Shown piece by piece: positions 47,932 to 60,377 of a stretch of 64,000 bases of DNA; positions within the stretch are counted from its first letter, which is position 1; each line of letters begins with the position of its first letter. Source of the DNA: Candidatus Zambryskiibacteriota bacterium (GTDB lineage Bacteria > Patescibacteriota > Minisyncoccia > Phycocordibacterales > WO2-35-19); assembly GCA_003233455.1 (NCBI GenBank), contig QILQ01000043.1:442-64441 (forward strand), written 5' to 3'. Under the pieces are notes generated by a model. It worked only from the letters and a program-made list of their open reading frames with translations. It was not told where the DNA came from and searched no databases. A program made the translations under genes and the position numbers.

Positions 47932-48959
47932 ATGGATGATTTAAATAAACTTATAGAACTTATGATTAAAGAAGGAGCTTCAGATTTGCATATTTCTGAA
48001 GGTAGAAATCCTTATATTAGGGTCTCCGGTCAATTAACACCTCTTTTAAAATATCAAAAATTTACTAAAATTTTGATAGAAAATATTGCCAACAAAATTA
48101 TCCCCGAATCTAAAAAAATCATTTTCAAATCTTCTCAAAGTGCTGATTTTGCTTATAGCCATAATGGCAACAGATTTAGGGTTCATGTTTTTTTGGACCA
48201 GCAAAGAATTTGTATGACTTTTCGTTATATTCCCAAAAAAATACCGTCGCTTACCGAATTAAATTTGCCAAATGATTTGGAAAATTTTGCCAGATTAAAA
48301 TCGGGTTTCTTTTTAGTGGTAGGTCCGACCGGACATGGTAAATCAACCACTCTCGCTTCTTTAATAGAGACTATATAATTACCATAGAGGATCCAATAGA
48401 ATATTTGTTTACTGCCAAGAAATCTATTATTCATCAAAGAGAAATTGGGTTGGATACACCAAATTTCGCTTCCGCTTTGCATGATTCTTTTAGAGCTGAC
48501 GCGAATGTTATTATGGTTGGCGAAATGAGAGATATTGATACTATAGCTACCGCGGTTTCTGCCGCGGAAACTGGTCATCTAGTGCTTTCTACTCTGCATA
48601 CTAATAATGCTGCTCAAACAGTTGATCGTATTATAGATTCATTTTCTGCCAGTCAACAAAACCAAGTCCGTATTCAATTAGCTGCTTCTTTATCTGGCAT
48701 CTTTTCTCAAAGACTTATTCCCAAAATATCAGGTGGTCTCATTCCGGCTTATGAGCTTTTAGTGAATAATGTGGCTGTTTCAAATCTTATTAGGGACAAG
48801 AGAACTCACGAATTAAATACTATAATTGAAACTGGGTCGCAAGAAGGTATGATTGATTTCAATAGATGTTTGGTGGAAAAAGTAAATAAAGGCGAAATCA
48901 GTATTGAAAATGCTTATCTTTATTCCACTAATCCGCGTTCTCTGGAAAAAATGTTATAA
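47932..48959 (+). pseudogene. pilT: Twitching-motility ATPase PilT split into two ORFs (47932-48378 and 48405-48959) by an apparent 2-bp insertion near 48366-48372
   Basis: Walker A VGPTGHGKSTT in ORF1; ITIEDPIEY...REIGLDT...HLVLSTLHTN in shifted frame; removing 2 nt gives LIDYIITIEDPIE. Confidence 0.7.
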
Positions 48960-48963
48960 CTTT

Positions 48964-50175
48964 ATGCTTTTTTTATACCAAACAATCAATAAAAACGGAG
49001 AAAGAAAAAAGGGCAGTATAGAAGCTTTTAGTATGGATGCGGCTATAACTTCCTTGCAAAGAAAGGGTCTAGCTGTTTCTTCTATTAAACCAAAAGAGGA
49101 TGATGATGGGGATATTCTTAAAAAAATTCCTTTTTTTAATAGAGTTTCCAATAAGGAAGTAGTTATACTATCAAGACAACTCTCAACTCTTTTTGAAGCT
49201 CAGGTTTCCGCTTTAAGAGTTTTTAAACTTATTGGGACTGAATCCGAAAATCCAACTTTAAGAAAGCATCTTCTTGAAATTGTTGATGATTTACAGGGCG
49301 GATCTTCCATATCGTCCGCTCTCTCCAAACATCCGGATGTATTTTCAGATTTTTATGTGAATATGATTAAATCCGGGGAAGAATCCGGTCATATAGACCA
49401 AACTTTTTCATATTTAGCTGATTATATGGATCGTACTTATGAAGTTTTATCTAAAGCCAAAAACGCACTTATTTATCCGGCTTTTGTTATATTTACTTTT
49501 ATCGCTGTTATGGTCTTAATGTTTACAGTTATTGTGCCTAAAATCTCTCTTATTATAAAAGATTCTTCTCAAGAAATACCCCTTTACACAAAAGTTGTTT
49601 TTTGGATAAGCGATTTTTTCACTAAAAATTGGATACTAATGCTCTTAGCTCTTATTGTAGGTATAATAGGTCTTATTTGGTATGGTAGAACCAAAGAAGG
49701 TAGGAGACAAATTTCAAATGTCAGACTTTATATTCCTTATGTCGGAGATCTTTATCGTAAATTGTATCTTTCCAGATTTTCTGATAATATGAGCACCATG
49801 ATTCTTTCTGGTATTCCAATGCTTAAAGCTATTGAAGTAACTTCTTCTATTATAGATAATGAAATATACAGAGAAATTTTAGTTGAGGCTGCCACTAAAG
49901 TCAAAGCGGGTCAAGCACTTTCGGCGGCTCTCGGCGATAGAGAGGAAATTCCAAGCATTTTAACCCAAATGGTGAGAGTGGGAGAAGAAACCGGAGAACT
50001 TGGTAATATTTTAAAAACAATGTCAAAATTTTATCAGAGAGAAGTTATGAATGCGGTAGATACTTTGGTTGGTATGATTGAGCCTATTATGATAGTAGCT
50101 TTAGGAGTTGGGGTTGGTATTTTATTAGCGTCTGTTCTTATGCCTATATATAATATAGCCGCAATGGCATCATAA
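48964..50175 (+). CDS. pilC: Type IV pilus platform protein PilC (GspF family)
   Basis: Two T2SSF repeats; start at internal Met MLFLYQTINKNGERKKG favoured. Confidence 0.8.
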   Translation: MLFLYQTINKNGERKKGSIEAFSMDAAITSLQRKGLAVSSIKPKEDDDGDILKKIPFFNRVSNKEVVILSRQLSTLFEAQVSALRVFKLIGTESENPTLRKHLLEIVDDLQGGSSISSALSKHPDVFSDFYVNMIKSGEESGHIDQTFSYLADYMDRTYEVLSKAKNALIYPAFVIFTFIAVMVLMFTVIVPKISLIIKDSSQEIPLYTKVVFWISDFFTKNWILMLLALIVGIIGLIWYGRTKEGRRQISNVRLYIPYVGDLYRKLYLSRFSDNMSTMILSGIPMLKAIEVTSSIIDNEIYREILVEAATKVKAGQALSAALGDREEIPSILTQMVRVGEETGELGNILKTMSKFYQREVMNAVDTLVGMIEPIMIVALGVGVGILLASVLMPIYNIAAMAS

Positions 50176-50627
50176 TGAATAAATTTAAAAATAAAAAAGG
50201 TTTTACACTTATTGAACTTCTGGTGGTTATTACCATAATAGGAGTTTTATCCACTATTATTTTAGGCAGTATTTCAAATTCAAGAAATAAGGCTTATAAT
50301 TCAAAAATAGAGCAACAACTTAGCGGTTTTCGCACTGCTGCGGAGATATATTTTACCAATCAAACTCCAAATGGCTATGGTCCAGCCAGCAGTATTTGTA
50401 GTGCGGGTATTTTTAATAATGTTGACCCCATAAATGGCAGTCCCGGTTTATATATAGCGGCAGGCAATCTTCCAGATTTTAGTCAAGTAGTTTGTGGTTC
50501 TACTGATTCATCTTACGCTGTCAAAGCTACTCTGTATTCCGGAAATAAATATTGGTGTGTGGATAATAAAGGATCTTCAAGATTAATATCTGGTGCTATT
50601 GGTAATACGGTTACTTTTTGTCCATAA
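50175..50627 (+). CDS. Type IV pilin (major-pilin paralog)
   Basis: KGFTLIELLVVITIIGVL; C-terminal Cys pair. Confidence 0.75.
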   Translation: MNKFKNKKGFTLIELLVVITIIGVLSTIILGSISNSRNKAYNSKIEQQLSGFRTAAEIYFTNQTPNGYGPASSICSAGIFNNVDPINGSPGLYIAAGNLPDFSQVVCGSTDSSYAVKATLYSGNKYWCVDNKGSSRLISGAIGNTVTFCP

Positions 50628-50709
50628 TGTTTTAATATATACGATGTTTTGCGGAGTGAGAGTGCAACGTGCCTTTAGCCTATTTTTGAAAAAATTTATT
50701 CTTATTATT

Positions 50710-53700
50710 TTAAAGATCAATATTAGTTTCAAAAATTTTATCAAGTTCAAGATTAATCGCTTTTTTTATACTTTCAATTTTTTTATATTTTTCTGCAATT
50801 TCTTTTTGTGCTTGTAAATCAAAATTTTCCTGATTATCAATAGGGATTTGAACTTTAATGTTTTCAATTTGATTTGTACCAAGTTTTTTGTTCCCATAAC
50901 CTTTTGCTTTATCAAAGAATAATGGTTGAATTATGAATTTAATATATTCAAGACAAAGATCATCTTTTCTAGGAATTAAAATGCCACAATGATTGTTTAT
51001 AGTGAAAAAATATTCTTCTTTCTTTTCTTGCAACAAATTCTCTGAATTGCGAACAAATAATTTGCCTGCATAACCATCTACAGACCACGTCAAACAATAT
51101 TGATAATATAAATCATTTTTATTTATTTTATCCAAATCCATTTTCATTAATAATCCTTCATTTTTTGTATTTGATGAATAAACTGGGATGTTACCTTTCC
51201 ATCCATTACCAATTACTCTTTTTTTTGTATAAAATGCGTTACCTTGCTTAATGTTAAAAAGATCATCAATTTTTATCAATTTTGTTTTTTGATCATTTAT
51301 TTTTATCTCAACCATTAAATCCTTGATTTGTTTTTTATATTCTTCAACTTTTTGTTTAACTTCTTTTATTATTTGATATTTATCTAAGATATTTTTTTGA
51401 AAATCTAAATCAAAATCACCATTTGAATCGATTGGTATTTGAACTACAACATCTTTCATGTTTTTCAATGACGATCTTAATCCTCTATCAAATCCATATT
51501 TATGTTTAACTTTCGAAAGTTGTAACATTAAATATTCTGGTAGAATATTATCTGTTAATATTCTAATAACACCACAGTGATCCGTCGTCATAAATGGAGT
51601 GTTTTTTTTGATAAAATTGAATTCAAAATCACCATCAATCCCCCAAATAACAAAATCATTTTCAAAATTTTCTATATTACTTTTAAAATGATAACCAACT
51701 GGATTAAAAACATTAGCACTATAAATTGGAATATTACCACTAATTTTTACTAAATCTTTTTTTACCAACCTTTTACCTATAAATAAATCAAAATATTTCT
51801 TGTCTGATAAAAATATTTCTTTAAAAGAATTTTTTAACTTTTTTTTTTCGCCAAACTCTTTTACAAGCTGACTAAATTCATTAAGAGATTCGGAAATATC
51901 ACCTATCAATTCTCCAAATTCTTGTACTCCAACTATTTTATCTTCTTCTAAAATGCCAAGTTCTATTTTTTCCTCTTTACTCCACCACCTATCAACTGAC
52001 CAATGTTGTTCTGGATTAAATTTATCTATTGATTGAATTTTACATCTTTTATCAGAATTATTTTCAATAAAATATTCTGGACTTCCTTTAAATCCTTTAA
52101 ATAATTTTACAGCTTCTTGTAAATCGTTTTGTTCAATATCAAAACGATAAATATCCCTTGACTCTCCAATCTCACTTACCAAATAAGTAAATACTGGTTT
52201 TTTTTGAATATCTTTTTTGTTTGTTTTCTTTGTAATTGCTAAAATATAAGTTTTCTTTGGAGTAGTGAAAAATGTTTTTATCGGTAGTGAAATAATTCCG
52301 TCAATATAACATTCATCTAAAATAAACTTTCTTAAATTTTTATCATTTTGACGATTTAAAATTCCGTCAGGAATTACTACAAATGCTTTTCCACCTGGTT
52401 TTAATGCTTTCACAATCCACTCCATAAAAAGTCCTTCAACCCCCATAGCATTGATTTTGTAATAATTTTCAAGTTCTCCGTCTTTTTTTATTTCGTCTTT
52501 TAAATTTCCGCTACCACTAGTTACATACGGAGGATTGGTTAAAATTAAATTATATTCATTTTCAACGGGTTCTGAAAGTGTTCCAAGAATAGAATTTGTT
52601 TTAAGAGTAAAGCTATCATTAAATAATTTTGCAAATTCTTGTGTTAGATTTGGATTGTCTTTTATTAAATCAGAAAAATAAATCAGCATATTGGCTTTTG
52701 CCAAAATAATTGTTTTCTGTTCATCTTTATCAAAACCTTTATCAAAGCCATGAATAGCTATCTTTGAAACAATTTTATCTTTTTTAATATTATAAAAATC
52801 TTCAAGTCTTGTCGTTAATGGCTCTAAAAGGAATTTACCAACTCCGCAAGCAGGATCACAAATACTTACTCCTTCCTTTATATCGTCTTTTGCCATTTCG
52901 ACAATAGAACGAACAACTTTTAATGGGGTGAAAAACTGTCCCCAGTTTTTCTTACTAATACTTTCCTTCAAAAAACTCTCAAAAATCTGACTTTTGAAGT
53001 CATAATCAATATTTTCTAATTTTCCATATTTCAGAAATTTATCTAAAACAGTTTTAAAAGTCGTACTATATCCTTTAACAGCTTTTTGATCTTTATTTAC
53101 AAAAATTGTTCCATTGATAATAGTAGTTTTATCTTCTGTGTCTTGTGGAAATAATTGTTTAATTTTTGGACGAATTGTTGTTGCGTAGTGTTCTAATACT
53201 TCGTTTTCTGTATTACCACCATCATACATTTTAATGAGAGTATAAAAATTATGGACTCCTTTTAAAACATCTAAGTCACTAAGATATTTGAAAATGAAAA
53301 GTTCAACAAAAGTATAAAGACAATTTTCAGGAGTTGCTCCACTTACAGACCAAATATCTTGCCAAATGCTTTTTGCCAAATTTGTTGGATTTACAAATTC
53401 TTTTGGTTTTATATTATCAGTTTGCTCATTTATAGAATCATAAACTTTTTTTAATAATTCTGGTAGTTTTTCAGCTCTTGAATCAAATAAAACTTTAATT
53501 TCTTTTCCATTTTCATCTTTAATCCTATTCCCAGTTAAAGCATTTATCCAAATAGCTTCTTTTGTGTCTGTAGCAATAAAAATTTTAGCTCCCAATTTTT
53601 TAGCAACTTCAATTTCCTGTTCAATAGCTTTACTATGATCTTTTGCTGTCTTAAATTTTTTAGGAATTTTATATTCAATAACTGCAATAACATTTTTATT

Positions 53701-53874
53701 CTGTACCATGAGAGCATCAACTTTTTTTCTTTCAAAAGCTCCATAATTAACATTACGAATAATATTTGATTCTTTTAGAGCTTTTACTGTTGTTGCTCCA
53801 ATATTATAAAAATCCCATTTCCCAATTTTCTCTGGGTTTTTTATTAAATCCCTTTGTAGAAGTTCTTCACTCAT
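50710..53874 (-). CDS. Single-chain restriction-modification enzyme: N-terminal PD-(D/E)xK nuclease, gamma-class N6-adenine MTase, two HsdS-like target-recognition domains (Type IIB/IIG-like)
   Basis: D...VIEYK (PD-ExK), FFTP, DPACGVGKFL (motif I), NPPY (motif IV), two TRD-terminal QIPID..FDL..QK.I..KY conserved blocks. Confidence 0.65.
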   Translation of the reverse strand: MSEELLQRDLIKNPEKIGKWDFYNIGATTVKALKESNIIRNVNYGAFERKKVDALMVQNKNVIAVIEYKIPKKFKTAKDHSKAIEQEIEVAKKLGAKIFIATDTKEAIWINALTGNRIKDENGKEIKVLFDSRAEKLPELLKKVYDSINEQTDNIKPKEFVNPTNLAKSIWQDIWSVSGATPENCLYTFVELFIFKYLSDLDVLKGVHNFYTLIKMYDGGNTENEVLEHYATTIRPKIKQLFPQDTEDKTTIINGTIFVNKDQKAVKGYSTTFKTVLDKFLKYGKLENIDYDFKSQIFESFLKESISKKNWGQFFTPLKVVRSIVEMAKDDIKEGVSICDPACGVGKFLLEPLTTRLEDFYNIKKDKIVSKIAIHGFDKGFDKDEQKTIILAKANMLIYFSDLIKDNPNLTQEFAKLFNDSFTLKTNSILGTLSEPVENEYNLILTNPPYVTSGSGNLKDEIKKDGELENYYKINAMGVEGLFMEWIVKALKPGGKAFVVIPDGILNRQNDKNLRKFILDECYIDGIISLPIKTFFTTPKKTYILAITKKTNKKDIQKKPVFTYLVSEIGESRDIYRFDIEQNDLQEAVKLFKGFKGSPEYFIENNSDKRCKIQSIDKFNPEQHWSVDRWWSKEEKIELGILEEDKIVGVQEFGELIGDISESLNEFSQLVKEFGEKKKLKNSFKEIFLSDKKYFDLFIGKRLVKKDLVKISGNIPIYSANVFNPVGYHFKSNIENFENDFVIWGIDGDFEFNFIKKNTPFMTTDHCGVIRILTDNILPEYLMLQLSKVKHKYGFDRGLRSSLKNMKDVVVQIPIDSNGDFDLDFQKNILDKYQIIKEVKQKVEEYKKQIKDLMVEIKINDQKTKLIKIDDLFNIKQGNAFYTKKRVIGNGWKGNIPVYSSNTKNEGLLMKMDLDKINKNDLYYQYCLTWSVDGYAGKLFVRNSENLLQEKKEEYFFTINNHCGILIPRKDDLCLEYIKFIIQPLFFDKAKGYGNKKLGTNQIENIKVQIPIDNQENFDLQAQKEIAEKYKKIESIKKAINLELDKIFETNIDL

Positions 53875-54209
53875 AATTTAAGTTTATTGAAGTAAATATA
53901 TAAATCTACTAATTTTAGTATACAATTATTTTAACTTTTTTACTATACATTGTATTTTTATGTGCCCATTTATTTAATGAATGCAATATGTATGTGAACT
54001 TGGTCAATTAAAAATCTTTAAATTCAAATTTTTTCAAAAATATGTCATATAATAAATACTTTCGCTTGCGAGGAGGACTGGTTATCCACATATTAGCTAC
54101 AAAAAAATTAACGTTTGTTTATAATATATTAAGGCTTGAAAGTGAAAATAAGGTCGATGTTGTCAAGCTTCTCTCTCGAGAGAGCATTAATTAATTTTAT
54201 TTTAAAATT

Positions 54210-54658
54210 ATGTTTAAATTAAGAAATAAAGGTTTTACACTTATTGAACTTCTAGTGGTTATCGCTATTATTGGTATTCTTTCTTCCGTTGTTTTAGCGT
54301 CTCTAAACACCGCTCGTGGTAGAGGTAATGATGCTAAAGTTAAAGCTCAGCTTTCCGGTCTTCGGGTCTTCGTGCCGCTGCTGAACTCTATTATGATGAT
54401 AATCCAACTCAGGGTTATGGTCCCGCATCTTCCAGTTGTACAACTGGTATGTTTGCTAATGCGACTGTTCAAGCTTATATCGCTCCCGCTAATCTTCCAG
54501 CTAACGCTACCCCGGCATGTTTCTCTTCTACCGGTAGTTATGCGGTTACAACCAAACTTCCTGGCGCAGGTGGTGCTAACAAATGGTGTGTTGATTCACT
54601 TGGTGTTTCTAAGCAAGTTATCGGTATCGCTACTTCGGCTGGTTGTCCCGCTTCCTAA
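54210..54658 (+). pseudogene. Type IV pilin paralog inactivated by 8-bp tandem duplication (GGTCTTCG x2 at 54357-54372)
   Basis: N-terminus KGFTLIELLVVIAIIGIL in frame 1; C-terminal pilin homology (KWCVDSLG...) in +2 frame; duplication visible. Confidence 0.65.
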
Positions 54659-54727
54659 ATACCTGACTTATTTTGTTGCCGAACAAAAGCCTCATTTGGA
54701 GGCTTTTGTGTTATTATATGGAAGTAA

Positions 54728-55585
54728 ATGCAATATTTATTTTTAATCATTATTTTTTTATTCGGAACGGCTTTAGGAAGTTTTGTTACTGTGATTGCCA
54801 ATAGGTTCAATACCGGTTTACCTTTTTTTAGAGGTAGGTCATTTTGTTTCTCTTGCAACACCAAACTTCAAAAAAAAGATTTAGTTCCATTATTTTCTTT
54901 TTTATTTTTAAAAGGCAGATGCAGATATTGTAAAAGCAAGATACCCAGAGAAACTTTAATAATTGAGATTTTAATGGGTATTTTATCGGTATTATCCGCT
55001 CTGAAATCCGGTTTTTCAGTTTTTGATTTTTCCTTATTGTCTATTATTAACTATTTGCTACTAACTTTTATTTTTGCCACTATTCTTCTGATTGCTGTCT
55101 ATGATATAAAACATTTTATTATTCCCGATTCTTTTCTTTTTACTCTTTTTCTTTTTTCTTTGTTTTATATTTCTTTATCCAACTTTATCATTCAAACTAA
55201 TATAATAAATAATATATATTCTCTTATTCCTTTTTTCATTTCTTCTATAATTCTAACACTGCCATTCTTGTTAATTTTTGTTATTTCAAAAGGTCGGTGG
55301 CTTGGTTTTGGGGATATTAAATATATTTTAGTTTTGGGTTTTCTGCTTGGGTTTAGTCAAGGGTTGTCGGCTGTAATTTTAGCCTTTTGGATAGGAGCGG
55401 CTTTTTCTTTGATAATTTTATCTTTAAAATATTTTAGGTTACATATAAATTTGCCTTTACTCCGTAATAATTTTACAATTAAATCTGAGATTCCTTTTGG
55501 ACCATTTTTATCAATTGGGATAATAATAAGTCTTTATTTAAATGCTGATTTATTTCAAATACATTCTCTCTTTAATATCTTCTAA
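54728..55585 (+). CDS. pilD: Prepilin peptidase (A24 family) with N-terminal Cys4 zinc finger
   Basis: CxxC...CxxC, catalytic Asp-containing polytopic fold. Confidence 0.85.
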   Translation: MQYLFLIIIFLFGTALGSFVTVIANRFNTGLPFFRGRSFCFSCNTKLQKKDLVPLFSFLFLKGRCRYCKSKIPRETLIIEILMGILSVLSALKSGFSVFDFSLLSIINYLLLTFIFATILLIAVYDIKHFIIPDSFLFTLFLFSLFYISLSNFIIQTNIINNIYSLIPFFISSIILTLPFLLIFVISKGRWLGFGDIKYILVLGFLLGFSQGLSAVILAFWIGAAFSLIILSLKYFRLHINLPLLRNNFTIKSEIPFGPFLSIGIIISLYLNADLFQIHSLFNIF

Positions 55586-56156
55586 AAACAAAGGATTTAC
55601 TTTAACCGAGTTGATAGTGGTTATAGCTATAGCTACTGTAATAATGACTTCTTTAATTATTCAACAAAGTCAATGGAATGATCAATTAGTTGTAAATAAT
55701 CAAACTTATGAAATGGTTTTAACAATTCGTCAAGCTAAAGTTTATAGTTTGGGGGTAAGGGAAGATTTGGGTGGTAGTGGTGATAAATTTAACATAGGTT
55801 ATGGAGTATATTTAAATAAAAATAATGTTAATCAATACATATTTTTCGCGGATAGAAATGGAAATAAAAGATATAATATTGGGGAAGCGATAAAAACCAA
55901 AGTTTTTACCAGAGGGGTAAAAATAAATAATGTTTGTGGCAATACCAGATGTTTTTTTTCCCGTGGCGGTCCTTTGGACCAAGTGAGCATTTCATTTTTT
56001 AGACCGGAAACTAAACCAAATATAAATATAAGTCTTTTAAATCGTGGTAATCGGCCGGTTGATACTCCTCCAATTACTATTATTTTAAAATCGCCAAAAG
56101 GTAAAACTTCTTCAATAAAAATAGAAGCTAACGGTCAAATTTCGGTTAGTCAGTAA
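55542..56156 (+). CDS. Minor pilin/pseudopilin (class III signal peptide)
   Basis: KGFTLTELIVVIAIATV. Confidence 0.55.
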   Translation: MLIYFKYILSLISSKNKGFTLTELIVVIAIATVIMTSLIIQQSQWNDQLVVNNQTYEMVLTIRQAKVYSLGVREDLGGSGDKFNIGYGVYLNKNNVNQYIFFADRNGNKRYNIGEAIKTKVFTRGVKINNVCGNTRCFFSRGGPLDQVSISFFRPETKPNINISLLNRGNRPVDTPPITIILKSPKGKTSSIKIEANGQISVSQ

Positions 56157-56174
56157 TTATATTTTATATAATAT

Positions 56175-56720
56175 ATGAAAATTTTTAATTTTAAATCTTC
56201 AAATGGTTTTACTCTCGTTGAATTGATTATAGCGATAGCTCTTTTTACTTTAATTGCTTCTTTTTCTATTGGAGCGGTTTTGAGTATTTTTAGTGCTAAC
56301 AGAAAAGCCAGATCTTCTAAAACTGTGGTAGATAATCTAAATTTTGCTATTGAAAATATGGTTAGAGTAGCGCGTTTTGGAAACAATTATCATTGTGGCG
56401 ATATTGCTCCTCTTTCTGTTTCAAGGGATTGTCCAGCAGGAGATAATTTTTTAGCTTTAAATTTTGAAGGCAATACTTTAGTTTATCGTCTAAATGGTGT
56501 TGCTATTCAAAGATCTGATAACGGCGGATCAACTTACACGGATATTACTCCTTCGGAAACAGTTATAGAAAATTTGAAATTTTATGTTCTTAATTCTTCT
56601 TCTAATAATAAGCAACCTTATATTATTGTTGTTATAAAAGGTTATTCTGGTAATAGACCAACTAACCAGTCAAAATTTTCTATTCAAACTTTAATATCTC
56701 AAAGAGTGCTTAATATATGA
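56175..56720 (+). CDS. Minor pilin
   Basis: NGFTLVELIIAIALFTL. Confidence 0.55.
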   Translation: MKIFNFKSSNGFTLVELIIAIALFTLIASFSIGAVLSIFSANRKARSSKTVVDNLNFAIENMVRVARFGNNYHCGDIAPLSVSRDCPAGDNFLALNFEGNTLVYRLNGVAIQRSDNGGSTYTDITPSETVIENLKFYVLNSSSNNKQPYIIVVIKGYSGNRPTNQSKFSIQTLISQRVLNI

Positions 56721-57304
56721 TTAAAAAAATTAAAATTAAAATTAAAAATTATGAATTAAAAATCTCCGCAAAACGAGCGGGATTTACCATACTTGAAGCT
56801 ATTGTTGCTATTGCTATTTTATCTCTTTCCATCTCTGGATCTTTTTCCGCAGTCCAAAAAAGTCTTTCTGAATCTATAATTGCCAAAGATGAAATAAAAG
56901 CCTTTTATTTGGCTCAAGAAGCGGTAGAGATAATCAGAAATAAAAGAGATGTCAATCAACTGAATAAAATAAATAACGGTAGTGGCAATTGGCTTGCCGG
57001 TATATCGGAAAATGTTGTGGATCCTTGTTATTTCGGCAAAATATGTCAAGTTGATGTTATTCCCATCCCACCTTCTTTGACTTATTGTGGCTCATCTTCT
57101 TGGGGTAGTTGTCCTGTTTTAAATCAAGACCCAGCAACCTCGTTATATAGTTACGGAGCTTATCCAGCGACTGATTTTAAAAGGGAAGTAAAAATTGAAT
57201 CAATAAATGCTTATGAAATAGCCGTTATTGTGCGAGTTTCTTGGACTAAAGGCTTGATAAGCAGAGAGTTTAAAGTAAAAACATTTTTATTTAACTGGAT
57301 ATAA
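56717..57304 (+). CDS. Minor pilin
   Basis: AGFTILEAIVAIAILSL. Confidence 0.55.
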   Translation: MIKKIKIKIKNYELKISAKRAGFTILEAIVAIAILSLSISGSFSAVQKSLSESIIAKDEIKAFYLAQEAVEIIRNKRDVNQLNKINNGSGNWLAGISENVVDPCYFGKICQVDVIPIPPSLTYCGSSSWGSCPVLNQDPATSLYSYGAYPATDFKREVKIESINAYEIAVIVRVSWTKGLISREFKVKTFLFNWI

Positions 57305-57308
57305 TAAT

Positions 57309-57839
57309 ATGAGATTGAAAATTGAAAATTTTAAATTGAAAATTCCTGCTAAGCAGGCAGGTATAACTCTGTTTATAGTAATCGTCATTATGAGCATCTT
57401 GCTTCTTATAAGTTTCGCGATAGTCAATATTACTTTGAAAGCTACTCTCTTTTCTTCTTCTGGCAGAGATTCTCAATACGCTTTTTATGCGGCAGATAGC
57501 GGTATAGAATGTGCTATTTATTGGGATTCCAGGTTTAATCCAAGCAAATTTGCCACTTCCACTTCAGGCTCTCCTATAAGTTGTAATAATATAGCTATTT
57601 CAAATGGTCAAACTATTCCCGGCACTACCACTTTAACTCTAATCGGCGGAGGCGGTAATGCTAATCCAACCAGTATTTTTTACTTTAATATGAATCAAGG
57701 TTCGGACCCAGAACCTTATTGCGCTATTGTGACGGTAACTAAAAATACGGACGGTAGCACTTATATTAAATCTCGCGGTTATAATACTTGTGACCCTTCT
57801 AATCCAAGGAGAGTAGAGAGAGGTATTGAATTGTATTAA
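57309..57839 (+). CDS. Minor pilin (PilX-like)
   Basis: QAGITLFIVIVIMSILLL. Confidence 0.5.
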   Translation: MRLKIENFKLKIPAKQAGITLFIVIVIMSILLLISFAIVNITLKATLFSSSGRDSQYAFYAADSGIECAIYWDSRFNPSKFATSTSGSPISCNNIAISNGQTIPGTTTLTLIGGGGNANPTSIFYFNMNQGSDPEPYCAIVTVTKNTDGSTYIKSRGYNTCDPSNPRRVERGIELY

Positions 57840-57902
57840 AATAAACTCATCTTGTCCCTCTTTTGTTGTAAAAAAGGAACCGAGCAAAGCGAGAGGGGGT
57901 GA

Positions 57903-59990
<2,088 letters not shown>

Positions 59991-60019
59991 TATATTCTTT
60001 TTTGTGCTATATTTTTTAT

Positions 60020-60328
60020 ATGATTTCTAAAGAAGAAATTAAAAAATTAGCTGATTTGGTTAGAATAAATATTGCGGATGAAGAAGCGGAAAATTTGCGA
60101 GGTGAAATAAGCGATATTTTAGATTATGTTGGACAAGTTAAATCTATAACTGAAAATAATAAAGAGAGACAAAATCCTCTTCTTGTTGTAAAAAGGGGGC
60201 AGGGGGATGTTATAAATGTAATGAGAGAAGATGAAAATCTAATTGAATCAGATACTCACAGCAAAAATTTAATTGCTGAATTTCCAAACAAAGAGAGAGA
60301 TTATTTAAAAGTAAAGAAAATATTATAA
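60020..60328 (+). CDS. gatC: Asp/Glu-tRNA(Asn/Gln) amidotransferase subunit C
   Basis: ISKEEIKKLADLVRINIADEEAENLRGEISDILDYV; upstream of gatA. Confidence 0.8.
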   Translation: MISKEEIKKLADLVRINIADEEAENLRGEISDILDYVGQVKSITENNKERQNPLLVVKRGQGDVINVMREDENLIESDTHSKNLIAEFPNKERDYLKVKKIL

Positions 60329-60372
60329 TTTCCCCTCTCCTGCATTTAGGAGAGGGGCTAGGGGTGAGGTTA
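60329..60372. repeat. Palindromic repeat CCCCTCTCCTGCATTTAGGAGAGGGG + GGGGTGAGGTT
   Basis: Family member between gatC and gatA. Confidence 0.6.
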
Positions 60373-60377
60373 ATAAA

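Noticed and set aside
50593-50817. 74-aa ORF between the pilin and the RM gene
   Set aside because: Low-complexity Phe/Ile-rich product that overlaps the RM gene's 3' end on the opposite strand.
54449-54658. Independent 69-aa ORF
   Set aside because: It is the out-of-frame C-terminal portion of the frameshifted pilin, not a separate gene.
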